64,000 nt of DNA from Patescibacteria group bacterium UBA926 (lineage in GTDB: Bacteria > Patescibacteriota > Doudnabacteria > UBA920), in the NCBI GenBank assembly GCA_002293685.1, contig DBDS01000002.1, positions 31,742 through 95,741 on the forward strand, written 5' to 3'. The notes under the pieces were generated by a model, which was given only the letters and a program-made list of their open reading frames with translations, did not search any database and was not told the DNA's origin. Both the position numbers and the translations under genes were made by a program. Below are positions 47,544 through 56,652 of this stretch, in pieces (position 1 is the stretch's first letter; the number at the start of each line of letters is the position of its first letter).

Positions 47544-47672
47544 GAATTCGCGAAGAAATACGCGGCTATTTCGAGCCGTACTAAAGGTACGGTGAGAAAT
47601 AACGTAAGTATTTCGACAAAGAATTCGCCCAAAGCTTTATGTAAGTCCAAACTTGCTTTGGACTGCATAAAG
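47544..47672. repeat. family-2 hairpin element plus adjacent nested hairpin
   Basis: gaattcgcgaagaaatacgcggctatttcgagccgtactaaaggtacggtgagaaataacgtaag...gacaaagaattcgccc, then ctttatgtaagtccaaacttgctttggactgcataaag. Confidence 0.6.
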
Positions 47673-47899
47673 GGTTCACATAATGTAGCTAAAACAAAAA
47701 CTGACCTAAGAGTCAGTCTCTTTGGCTCACGCACGCGGTACTCTGACGAAGCCTTATCAGATAACTTCCCGCTTAACGCGACAATGTGTCAGTAATTCCT
47801 TAAGTTGGGGCTTCTAATGAATTATGAGAATATTATAGAAGATTGTTCAGGTTTAGTCAACACTTATTATTCAATGGAATAATTCTAAATCAAGGAGTT

Positions 47900-48508
47900 T
47901 TAAATATTAAATATTCGAAAGAAGATGCCTGTAACTAAACTATAGATAGGTGTGAATAGGCCTGAAAGAACAAAGATCATAACAAGAATAAAACCAAATC
48001 GCTCTAGTTCCAAAAATTTATACATATACTTATCCGGAAGTAGAGTTGCTAAAATCTTACTTCCGTCTAACGGTGGGATAGGTAATAGATTAAATACACC
48101 AAGTACTAGATTAAGAACCACGGCAATTTTCCAAATCTCAGCCATAAATCCATCGATCAAACCAAATGTTAATGGTAAGGCGAAAATAATCGCTAAAATA
48201 AAATTGGATGCGGAACCAGAGATCGAAACAAGGACCATTCCTAGTTTACGGGGTCGTAAATTCTCAAATTGCACTGGCACAGGATTTGCATATCCAAACA
48301 GAAACGGACTGCCTAAAAAGAGCAGTAATCCTGGTAAAAGAATCGAGCCGATCGGATCAATGTGAGGAATTGGATTAAGTGTAATGCGACCTGCATCACG
48401 GGCTGTACTGTCCCCTAATTTTTCTGCAACTAATGCATGGCAAATTTCATGTACTATAACTGAGAATAATAAAATTGGGAGGAAAATTAAAATACTATAT
48501 ATATCCAT
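47900..48508 (-). CDS. site-2 protease family (M50) intramembrane zinc metalloprotease
   Basis: HEICHAL HExxH motif in a TM helix; multi-TM. Confidence 0.85.
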   Translation of the reverse strand: MDIYSILIFLPILLFSVIVHEICHALVAEKLGDSTARDAGRITLNPIPHIDPIGSILLPGLLLFLGSPFLFGYANPVPVQFENLRPRKLGMVLVSISGSASNFILAIIFALPLTFGLIDGFMAEIWKIAVVLNLVLGVFNLLPIPPLDGSKILATLLPDKYMYKFLELERFGFILVMIFVLSGLFTPIYSLVTGIFFRIFNI

Positions 48509-48599
48509 TTCTTAATTTTAGCATAATCAAATATGCTAAGAAAGTTGATCATTTTTAAGGATTACTCATTAGTGAGTCTGGTGCCCAAACACCCTACAC

Positions 48600-48628
48600 T
48601 TGCCAATTCTTTTATATTCCAGTATACT
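48600..48628 (+). promoter_or_regulatory. promoter-like TTGCCA-N17-TATACT for rpmB
   Basis: cTTGCCAattcttttatattccagTATACTtag. Confidence 0.5.
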
Positions 48629-48686
48629 TAGCAAGTATCATTTTTATAACCAAATCGGCACATCGCCGAATTAACAAAGGATTACT

Positions 48687-48884
48687 ATGCCAAGAATGTG
48701 TACCACTTGCGGCAAAACTTACTCTAAAACTATCAAGCGTTCTCACTCAATGAGAGCATCTATTGTCCGATTGAAATCCAATCTCCAATGGACACGCAAT
48801 GAAGATGGAAATCGAGTGAAAGCTTGTACCAGCTGCATTAAAGCAAAAACCAAGAAAGCTACTAAAGCCAAAATCGCTGCATAA
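48687..48884 (+). CDS. rpmB: 50S ribosomal protein L28
   Basis: MPRMCTTCGKT...RSHSMRAS...NLQ...C-x2-C L28 pattern; AAGGA Shine-Dalgarno; terminator follows. Confidence 0.85.
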   Translation: MPRMCTTCGKTYSKTIKRSHSMRASIVRLKSNLQWTRNEDGNRVKACTSCIKAKTKKATKAKIAA

Positions 48885-48892
48885 GAAATACC

Positions 48893-48925
48893 CCCGCTTA
48901 CGCGGGGGTATTTTGTTTATGAGCG
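48893..48925 (+). terminator. rho-independent terminator of rpmB
   Basis: atacccccgc-tta-cgcgggggtat followed by tttgtttat. Confidence 0.7.
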
Positions 48926-49038
48926 GCACAAGTGATATCTTTCGTCGAGCCGCAGGGCTACGCTTCAAGTAATTTTCTTTAGAAAATTACTTGAGCTGGG
49001 CCCAGAGCCTCTCCTTTAAGATATCACTTGTGCCGCTT
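48921..49038. repeat. palindromic unit with a perfect 20-bp TIR and nested 11-bp palindrome
   Basis: gagcggcacaagtgatatctt ... aagatatcacttgtgccgctt; inner caagtaatttt-ctttag-aaaattacttg. Confidence 0.6.
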
Positions 49039-49084
49039 AAAAATGGGGTGGAATGAGAGATACATTCCTGCTCTGATTCGCTAC

Positions 49085-49190
49085 TTAAGAAAGGCTGGGG
49101 TGATTTGCCGTATCCACCCAATCGCTACGCTCCGCTTGCAGCGGAGCTGGGCGAATGGGTTCCACTTACAAACCACCTCAGCCTTTCTTA
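49085..49190. repeat. palindromic unit with a 23-bp imperfect TIR and inner GC hairpins
   Basis: ttaagaaaggctggggtgatttg ... caaaccacctcagcctttcttaa; inner gctccgc-ttgca-gcggagc. Confidence 0.55.
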
Positions 49191-49240
49191 AAATATAGGG
49201 AAGAAGAAAAATGCATTCCATTCTTCCCATTCCATTTTCA

Positions 49241-49327
49241 CTGGCGGGTGGTGCCGCCTGGAGGCCCTCCGACCGCCCGCACGGAGGAGGACGGTTGGAG
49301 GTAGGCGGCGACAGGACCCGCCGAGTC
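49241..49327. repeat. GC-rich hairpin unit
   Basis: actggcgggtggtgccgcctggaggccctccgaccgcccg...gacaggacccgccgagt. Confidence 0.45.
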
Positions 49328-49330
49328 ATA

Positions 49331-49358
49331 CTAAAACCCCGCCATAAGGCGGGGTTTG
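49331..49358 (-). terminator. rho-independent terminator of the cupin gene
   Basis: On the minus strand: aaaccccgcc-ttat-ggcggggtttt. Confidence 0.6.
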
Positions 49359-49362
49359 TAAT

Positions 49363-49728
49363 TTAGTGGTGTTCAGCTTCATCAGCTTCGGCTTTGGTTT
49401 TATGAACAGTTGCGTTCTCGTGTTCAGGTGGACTGTAAATCGTAAATAGCTTTAGAGGTGAATCCCCTGTATTAATAAAGTTATGCTTAGTGGTAGCAGG
49501 AACATTTGCTACATCCCCGGCAGCAAACTCTTCTTCGCGTCCTTCAAATACAGCTTTACCTGAACCGGCTACAAAATATAAAATTTGGTCTAAGTCATGT
49601 TCTTCTTCGCCGATCTCTTCGCCTGGGTTGATACACATCAACACAAGTTGTGAATGAGAATTAGTAATTAAGACTCGACGAAAATCGGTGTTATCAAGGG
49701 TAAGTTTGTGAAGATTTTTTGTAATCAT
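49363..49728 (-). CDS. cupin-domain protein
   Basis: Small beta-barrel cupin motifs (GEEIGEEEHD...GSGKAVFEG). Confidence 0.7.
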   Translation of the reverse strand: MITKNLHKLTLDNTDFRRVLITNSHSQLVLMCINPGEEIGEEEHDLDQILYFVAGSGKAVFEGREEEFAAGDVANVPATTKHNFINTGDSPLKLFTIYSPPEHENATVHKTKAEADEAEHH

Positions 49729-49741
49729 AAAATCCTTTCAG

Positions 49742-52390
49742 TTAATCTCTCTGCCAATACAATACCAGACGACGGAGCACCTTAACAAGCTCTTCCCAGA
49801 TTAAGATTGAAGATGCGGCCGCAAGTGTGATTAACCATTCATTAAGAGTTAAATCTACAGTTCCTAAAATTTTCTGCATCGGTCCCCAGTGTACAGCCGC
49901 CCATTGCAATAATGCAACTGCAGCAATTGCTGCCCATAGCCATTTATTTGTGAATGCCTGACTGAACGCAGAACGAGTTTCGCTTCGACAATTAAAAGCA
50001 TTATACCACTGGTAAATTGCTAAAACTGTAAGAGAAATGGTTTGTGCTTTAGCAATATCGCCATCGCGATAAAAATCAAACAACCACAGAGTTCCGATTG
50101 CCATGATTAACGCTAGTGGAATCATTCTTAGCACCATGAATCTATCGATCATGTACTTGGCCGGTTTTCGGTAAGGCTCTCGGAGTAAATTTCCCTCTTT
50201 CGGTTCCGCGGCAAAAGCGATTGTTAAGAATCCATCAGTAACTAAGTTCAACCAAAGGATTTGCACGGCTGTAACTGGAAGCGGCCATGCCAACAACAAT
50301 GCACCGACAATTGTAAACAATTCACCGAAACTGGTAGAGGTCAAATATAGAATAGCGCGTTTAATAGTTTTATAAATGTTTCTCCCCTCTTCAACTGCGG
50401 CAGCAATAGTAGAAAAGTTATCATCGAGTAAAATAATATCTGCGGATTCTTTGGTTACTTCTGTACCGGTTTTACCCATCGCTATTCCTAAATCAGCAGC
50501 CACTAATGAAGGAACATCATTAACTCCATCCCCGGTCATTGCAGTAACTTTTCCTAACTCTTGATACCCCTGAACGATGCGAAGCTTATTGTCTGGTGTA
50601 ATGCGAGCAAATACCGAAGTTGTCGGAAGAACACCTAATAACTCATTTTTAGAAAGTTTCTCCATGTCTGCGCCCGTCAAAACTTGATCGCCTTCCTCAA
50701 AAATCCCCGCTTGCCTGGCGATTGCCTTGGCTGTTTCAGGCCAGTCTCCTGTTATCATAACAACTTTCATCCCTGCAGATTTCACATCAGCAACAGCACC
50801 AGGGACTTCTCGATGCAAAGTATCTTGCATGCCATACAAACCACCGAAGTGAAGCTTTGGAATTTTTTCAGGATCAACTGCACCCTCAACAGTAGCAAAT
50901 CCAAACGCGATGATACGCAAGCCCTCACCCGCCATTTCTGTCATCGCGTGCTCAAATTCATTATGATCACGGCCGGCCAAACTAGCCACTGCTTCTGGCG
51001 CACCAATCACGGCCAGAGTATGTTTGCCATTTTCTTCAAATACAACCGCACGATATTTTGTACGATAATCAAATGGAATTTCTTGGATCAATCGGTGGTT
51101 TACCAATATGGCCTTCTTTCCAAATCCTAATTTTTCGGCTAGTACTAGCATCGCAGCTTCAGTTGGATCGCCTTGAACAATCCAAGCTTTGGTTTTAGGG
51201 TCAAAAATTAGTTCTGCAGAAGCGAACGCAGCAAATTTTGCTGCAAGTAATAATTCGGCTGTGTGATCTGGCGCCACTACTTTTCCATGATAACTCGCCT
51301 CTCCCTTTGGCTCATAACCACGACCACTAATTTCAAAAGTTTTACCCGCTACAAAAACCTTTTTCACAACTAATTGATTGCGGGTAATAGTTCCCGTTTT
51401 ATCGACAGCGATTACATTCGCATGACCCAATGCTTCCACAGCTGCAAGTTTTTTCACCAAAGCTTTACGTTGACTCATTCGCCAAACACCATTCGCCAAA
51501 ATTAAAGTCATGATGATTGGCAGACCTGAAGGAATCAATGATACTGCTAAAGCAACAGAAGTTTTTACCATTACCAATAACTCAAGCCCAAGCCATAAAC
51601 CCAAACCAACAAATCCTACGCAGAAAATCGTTACAGCGATAACTATTATGCGAGATAGATAACGAACATTTTTCTGCAAAGGGATTTCTGTATCCAGACC
51701 CATCACCTTAACAGAGAGCTGGCCAATTTGAGTATTCACACCTGTAGCAGTCACAACAAAATTTGCATTACCAGAAACGATACTTGTTCCTTTAAAAACC
51801 ATGTTCAACTGATCTGCCGGATTCAATGTAGATAAACCTTTTTGTTCAGTGATTGGATCAATCGTTTTTGCAACCGCGTTTGATTCACCAGTTAATGAAG
51901 CTTCATCTACAGTCGCACCTACTACTTCGATTAATCTACCATCAGCCGGTATCCGACCACCTTCATGTAGAACAACGATATCACCGACGACTAACTCTTT
52001 ATCAGAAATCACTGTTTCTTTACCATCACGGACAACCAAAGCTTGAGTCTGAATGAAATTCTTTAAAGCTGCCAAAGTATTATTGGCGCGACCTTCTTGA
52101 ACTGTTCCGATTACAGCATTAAACAAGAGTACAATTGAAATCACAATACTGTCTGCAATATCTCCCAACAGCAAGACAATTACGCTGACGATCAACAAAA
52201 TGTAAACTAGAGGACTTTTAAATTGTGAAATAAAAACTTGAACAAGCGAAGGTTGCTTCGCTTCAGGTAAAGCATTAACTCCGTCCCGCTTCAAACGTAA
52301 AGAAGCCTCTTGTTCTGAGAGGCCGTTTATAGTTGTACCATGAGCTTCTAGTACTTCATCAATTGTTTTTTGATACCAGTTTTGTTTCAT
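49742..52390 (-). CDS. P-type (type IIA, SERCA/PacL-like) calcium-transporting ATPase
   Basis: DKTGTIT phosphorylation site; TGES, MITGD and GDGVNDVPSL motifs; 10 TM helices. Confidence 0.9.
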   Translation of the reverse strand: MKQNWYQKTIDEVLEAHGTTINGLSEQEASLRLKRDGVNALPEAKQPSLVQVFISQFKSPLVYILLIVSVIVLLLGDIADSIVISIVLLFNAVIGTVQEGRANNTLAALKNFIQTQALVVRDGKETVISDKELVVGDIVVLHEGGRIPADGRLIEVVGATVDEASLTGESNAVAKTIDPITEQKGLSTLNPADQLNMVFKGTSIVSGNANFVVTATGVNTQIGQLSVKVMGLDTEIPLQKNVRYLSRIIVIAVTIFCVGFVGLGLWLGLELLVMVKTSVALAVSLIPSGLPIIMTLILANGVWRMSQRKALVKKLAAVEALGHANVIAVDKTGTITRNQLVVKKVFVAGKTFEISGRGYEPKGEASYHGKVVAPDHTAELLLAAKFAAFASAELIFDPKTKAWIVQGDPTEAAMLVLAEKLGFGKKAILVNHRLIQEIPFDYRTKYRAVVFEENGKHTLAVIGAPEAVASLAGRDHNEFEHAMTEMAGEGLRIIAFGFATVEGAVDPEKIPKLHFGGLYGMQDTLHREVPGAVADVKSAGMKVVMITGDWPETAKAIARQAGIFEEGDQVLTGADMEKLSKNELLGVLPTTSVFARITPDNKLRIVQGYQELGKVTAMTGDGVNDVPSLVAADLGIAMGKTGTEVTKESADIILLDDNFSTIAAAVEEGRNIYKTIKRAILYLTSTSFGELFTIVGALLLAWPLPVTAVQILWLNLVTDGFLTIAFAAEPKEGNLLREPYRKPAKYMIDRFMVLRMIPLALIMAIGTLWLFDFYRDGDIAKAQTISLTVLAIYQWYNAFNCRSETRSAFSQAFTNKWLWAAIAAVALLQWAAVHWGPMQKILGTVDLTLNEWLITLAAASSILIWEELVKVLRRLVLYWQRD

Positions 52391-52440
52391 TTAGAGCACA
52401 ATCAATACCTGTTTGCTCAATTATAACGCAATTAACAGAT

Positions 52441-53304
52441 TTATTGAATTAAATCTTGAAAATTAAACTTAGATAAAAATATATACCAAAATAGTAACAA
52501 GCCGATTATTCCATTAATGTATGGGAACCACCAATACACGCGATGGATTACGGAAGGTTTTATTAATAATAGTAGGCTTGAAAGTGGGTAAACATATGCG
52601 AGGTAAGTTAGAATTGTGCCTGGAAAGTTCTGTGTGAATAAAATTGCAGTGATAACCCAAAGCACAGTACATAGAACTAACGACCATTTTTCCTTAAGTA
52701 GCACTGCCGTGGTTGTGAGATTTGCTTGCTTATCACTAGCAATATCAGGAACGGCGGAAAAGATATGCATCGAAGCTGTCCAGCTCCATGCTGCGATGAT
52801 TGCCCAAAGCGGTGGAAATTCACCGCTAAGCAGAGCATAGGCCACAAATCCAATTACTGCATAATGAACATTTGAAATTGCGTCGATAAAGGGCTTGGCC
52901 TTAAAACGGAATGGTAATGAACTGTATGCCCATGCTAAAAATAAAAAAATTAGAAATAGAATTGTCGCTTTTATATTCGGAGTTAAAATTGCCAATACAA
53001 TTCCTAGTACTAAAGAGCCATAAACTAAGCTTTGCAGCCAGGAACGTTCTGTGTTTTGCAAGCGATGTTCTTTATCGTCTTTTTTAGAATTGAACTCGTC
53101 GGTGTCGCCGTCGAACATATCATTGATTCCATAAATAAAAATATTTGCAGGAATCATGAAATAAATTAGCAACAACAAAACCAGAGGCGATGCTAATTGG
53201 CTAAGTTCGCTCGCACCAGCAATCGCTCCAACCCAAAACGTCCCACCCGCGTACAGCCAAAATCTTGGTCTGGAAATTTTAATTAGGGTTTTTAATTTGT
53301 TCAT
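52441..53304 (-). CDS. UbiA-family prenyltransferase (candidate carotenoid elongase or other membrane prenyltransferase)
   Basis: NDMFDGDTD Asp-rich motif in a multi-TM protein, adjacent to polyprenyl synthase/crtB/crtI. Confidence 0.7.
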   Translation of the reverse strand: MNKLKTLIKISRPRFWLYAGGTFWVGAIAGASELSQLASPLVLLLLIYFMIPANIFIYGINDMFDGDTDEFNSKKDDKEHRLQNTERSWLQSLVYGSLVLGIVLAILTPNIKATILFLIFLFLAWAYSSLPFRFKAKPFIDAISNVHYAVIGFVAYALLSGEFPPLWAIIAAWSWTASMHIFSAVPDIASDKQANLTTTAVLLKEKWSLVLCTVLWVITAILFTQNFPGTILTYLAYVYPLSSLLLLIKPSVIHRVYWWFPYINGIIGLLLFWYIFLSKFNFQDLIQ

Positions 53305-54362
53305 TATTTTTCCCTTGAAACAAGGTATACAGTTAAATCAATTAGTCCTTGTTTTGATAATTTTGAAAATGGGAGTTTATCAATATCTTTGATAACAATT
53401 TTTTGATGCTTAGCTATTTCTTTATTAGCCAGTTCTTCAATTTTGTATTTATGTAGAAGGTCCATAATCTTTACTTGCTGCTCGTCTGAAATAATAGCTT
53501 GTCCATTATATAACTTTTTTAATAAGGCAGTGTCAGCGGCCGAGCATTTTTTAAGCAACTCAAAGTAAAGCCAAGTTTGTTTTTTCTCGCGAATATCACC
53601 ACCGACTGATTTTCCTGTTTTTGTAGAATTTCCAAACACACCCAAACAGTCATCCTTGAGTTGAAAAATTACTCCTAGACTTTTAGCTAGCTGGTAAACA
53701 AGTTTTTCTGTTTTGTTATCTAGCTTGTTCTGCAAAATCAATCCAGCCAACAGTGGTAATGCAAATGTGTAACGGCCAGTCTTTTGCTCATAAATACGCA
53801 AAATTGCTTCTTTATTGATATAGCCTTTATTAGTCGAACTGTTCACGTCGTCCATCTGCGCTAAACCAAGTACAGTCATTTCTGAACTGAATAAATTAAT
53901 TAGTTTCGGAGTGACTTTTGAATTTTTCAATTCTGCAAATTGATTGATCGCTAAAAAATAAGCAACAATTGCCACACAACTAGCCATGCTTTCACCGTAA
54001 TGCAAGCTTTCATTTCTATCACGTGAGTCTAGTAATTTTTGATATTGAGCATGGACTGTTGGAATACCGCGTCGCTTTTGATCGCGATCCATAATATCAT
54101 CATGAACTAATATTCCTGTGTGCATGATCTCGAGCATAGCACCCATTTTCACAGCATCAGCTAACTGGTTTTTAGTTTTTGGTTCCGCTGCAAACACAAC
54201 CAACAATCCGCGAATCAACTTTCCCGCCAAAGCAAACTCTTCCAAACGCTCAAGTGCATCTTTACTCCAAATATGCGATGACTTGGAAAAAGTCTTGGCT
54301 TTACTAACCATGCTTTTGATTTCTTTTTCTAAATGTATTCGATTACTATAAAAATTTTTCAT
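53304..54362 (-). CDS. polyprenyl diphosphate synthase (CrtE/IdsA-like trans-isoprenyl diphosphate synthase)
   Basis: First and second Asp-rich motifs HDDIMD and KDDCLG. Confidence 0.85.
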   Translation of the reverse strand: MKNFYSNRIHLEKEIKSMVSKAKTFSKSSHIWSKDALERLEEFALAGKLIRGLLVVFAAEPKTKNQLADAVKMGAMLEIMHTGILVHDDIMDRDQKRRGIPTVHAQYQKLLDSRDRNESLHYGESMASCVAIVAYFLAINQFAELKNSKVTPKLINLFSSEMTVLGLAQMDDVNSSTNKGYINKEAILRIYEQKTGRYTFALPLLAGLILQNKLDNKTEKLVYQLAKSLGVIFQLKDDCLGVFGNSTKTGKSVGGDIREKKQTWLYFELLKKCSAADTALLKKLYNGQAIISDEQQVKIMDLLHKYKIEELANKEIAKHQKIVIKDIDKLPFSKLSKQGLIDLTVYLVSREK

Positions 54363-54365
54363 AAA

Positions 54366-55181
54366 TTAAAATATACTTTTCACTAGACTTACTACGACTT
54401 CAGGTTTTGTTGGCTTCACTTTGGAATTGAATACCAACATTGGATTATCAGAAATCTTTCGGATAGTTGTGTCGAACATCAACGCCGCCGCTTCAACAGG
54501 AATTCGCAACCGCTTTGGAATGAACTTAAATCCTTGCTCAGCTTCTTTACGCCACACCCAGTATCGTTCGATCTCACTCTGAATAAATTTCTGAAATTGT
54601 TCTGACTTTGCATTTACTTCTTCAAAAGTTAAATTTTGCAAACCAAACTGCTTATAGTGATTGGCTGGTAAATAAGTTCGGGCAAATTTTTGATCTTCGT
54701 TGATATCACGAATCATGTTCATATACTGAAAAGCTTTCCCTAAAGCTTTGGCATATGGGTATGACTCGGGCGCGAGCTTCATTATCTTCGCCATCATCAG
54801 TCCAATTACTTCAGCTGACCCGTAGATGTAATCCAAAGTTTCCGAGAGTTCATTATAATCATGTTTAGTAATATCCTGCTCCATCGACTTGAAAAACGCA
54901 TCAATCCAAGGTTGTTCGAACTGGCGTTGGTTTTGTAATTCTACAAATCGCATCACAATGGAATTATCGACTACCCCACCTTTAACAGCTTTGTAGTATT
55001 CAGACTTCAAATTATAGTATTCCGCAGTCTGCTGAGGAACCGAATCAATAAAATCATCGAACACTCTCACGAAAGCGTATAAATCAAACACGTCTTCCTG
55101 AATTTTTTTCGGGAAAAATAAACTAGCGGTGAAAAAAGTCACGCTACCGTTTTTGAATATTTTGTAAGATAACTTATCCAT
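54366..55181 (-). CDS. crtB: phytoene/squalene synthase family (CrtB/CrtM-like)
   Basis: YAFVRVFDDFID and the MIRDINEDQKFARTYLP region. The start is probably the internal MDKLSY, which keeps overlap with crtI small. Confidence 0.8.
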   Translation of the reverse strand: MDKLSYKIFKNGSVTFFTASLFFPKKIQEDVFDLYAFVRVFDDFIDSVPQQTAEYYNLKSEYYKAVKGGVVDNSIVMRFVELQNQRQFEQPWIDAFFKSMEQDITKHDYNELSETLDYIYGSAEVIGLMMAKIMKLAPESYPYAKALGKAFQYMNMIRDINEDQKFARTYLPANHYKQFGLQNLTFEEVNAKSEQFQKFIQSEIERYWVWRKEAEQGFKFIPKRLRIPVEAAALMFDTTIRKISDNPMLVFNSKVKPTKPEVVVSLVKSIF

Positions 55182-56652
55182 TTTGCTCCTTCCCAATTTT
55201 CTCAGAAACAATCTGCCCTGAGATTACAACCATCGGTACACCCACGCCAGGCTGAGTATGATGACCAACATAATACAGATTACTAAGCTTTTTACTTCTC
55301 ATACGTGGTCGAAAATAAGCTGTTTGCCATAACGTATGAGCCAAGCCCAAGCCTGTACCACGAAAAGCATTATAATCACCAGAAAAATCTTTAAGACTGA
55401 AAACTCTCTCCACTACAATGTTTTCCTTAAACTTCTGTCCTGTGATTTTCTCCAAACGGTCGTAGAGATTATTTTTTAATCGCTCGTGTACTTCAGGAGT
55501 ATCATCCAAACCAGATGCGATTGGTGCTAAGAAAAACAAATTTTCACTTCCCTCAGGTGCTACAGAATCATCTGTTTGAGATGGTGTGCAAAGATAAAAG
55601 GAAGGTTGGTCTGGCCAAGCAGGTTTATTAAATATGGTATTGAAATGTTCAGTCCAATCTTTGTCTAAAAATAAAGTATGATGCAACAAACCAGACAATT
55701 TCTTATTTACGCCAACATACACAATGAAAGCTGACGGGGCAACAACTCGTTTATTCCACCAACGTGGAGAGTAGTCGCGATATTGTTTTTCTAATAAAGT
55801 TTGGTCTACAAAATGATAGTCAGCGTTAGCAACAACAAGATCGGCTTCGAAGTCCCCGCTAGAAGTTTTCACTTTTCGGATTTGGTTTTTTTCATATTCA
55901 AAGCCGGTTACAGTTTGTTCAAATTCAAACTTAACACCTTGCTCTTCGGCAAGTTTTTGAAACGCGCTTGCCACCGCACCAAACCCACCCTGTGGATACC
56001 AAACACCTAGATTTAAATCAGCGTGGTTAATCACCGAGTACAAAGCAGGTGTATTGTCCGGTGCGCCGCCTAAAAAGACCATACTGTACTCAAGTAATTT
56101 TCTAAGACGTTCGTTTTTAAAATATCGTTTCGTGAATGAAGATAATTTTTCGAAGACGTGAAGCTTACGGCCTTCGGTTATCATTCGCTTTGTAAAGAAA
56201 TCAAAAATCGAATTGAAGTCTTTATAAATAAACTCCTTCATCGAAACTTCATACTGATATTCTGCCTGGGCTAAATATTCGCGGAGCTTTTCTCCTGCTC
56301 CAGTTTCAATTGATTCAAAGAGTTTATACGTCTCTTCAACATCCGACGGCATGTCTACTTTATCACTTTCTCCAAAGTAAGCGCGATAAGAAGGACTAAG
56401 TCTTTTCAAAGAATAATAGTCACTCGGTTTTTTGCCAAACAATGAAAAATAGCGCTCGTAGATTTCAGGCATCATGTACCAAGACGGACCCATATCAAAA
56501 CTAAAGCCGCGCTCTTGCCAAACCCGAGCACGTCCACCAACCATATTATGTTTTTCCAGTACTGTAACCTGATGTCCGTCTTTCGCCAACAATGCCGCTG
56601 CTGACAGCCCTCCAAAACCTGCTCCGATTACAACGATTTTTTTCGTTGTCAT
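55174..56652 (-). CDS. crtI: phytoene desaturase family (CrtI/CrtN-like)
   Basis: N-terminal FAD fold IVVIGAGFGGLSAAALLAKDG. The start is the ATG at 56650-56652 (MTTKKIVV...). Confidence 0.85.
   Translation of the reverse strand: MTTKKIVVIGAGFGGLSAAALLAKDGHQVTVLEKHNMVGGRARVWQERGFSFDMGPSWYMMPEIYERYFSLFGKKPSDYYSLKRLSPSYRAYFGESDKVDMPSDVEETYKLFESIETGAGEKLREYLAQAEYQYEVSMKEFIYKDFNSIFDFFTKRMITEGRKLHVFEKLSSFTKRYFKNERLRKLLEYSMVFLGGAPDNTPALYSVINHADLNLGVWYPQGGFGAVASAFQKLAEEQGVKFEFEQTVTGFEYEKNQIRKVKTSSGDFEADLVVANADYHFVDQTLLEKQYRDYSPRWWNKRVVAPSAFIVYVGVNKKLSGLLHHTLFLDKDWTEHFNTIFNKPAWPDQPSFYLCTPSQTDDSVAPEGSENLFFLAPIASGLDDTPEVHERLKNNLYDRLEKITGQKFKENIVVERVFSLKDFSGDYNAFRGTGLGLAHTLWQTAYFRPRMRSKKLSNLYYVGHHTQPGVGVPMVVISGQIVSEKIGKEQNG

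Noticed and set aside
49081-49329. 82-aa minus-strand ORF (MTRRVLSPPTSNRPPP...) in the GC-rich region
   Set aside because: It lies entirely within nested palindromes and GC-rich hairpins between two convergent terminators. Its composition is Pro/Arg/Gly-biased as expected from translating GC-rich structure. It has no Shine-Dalgarno.
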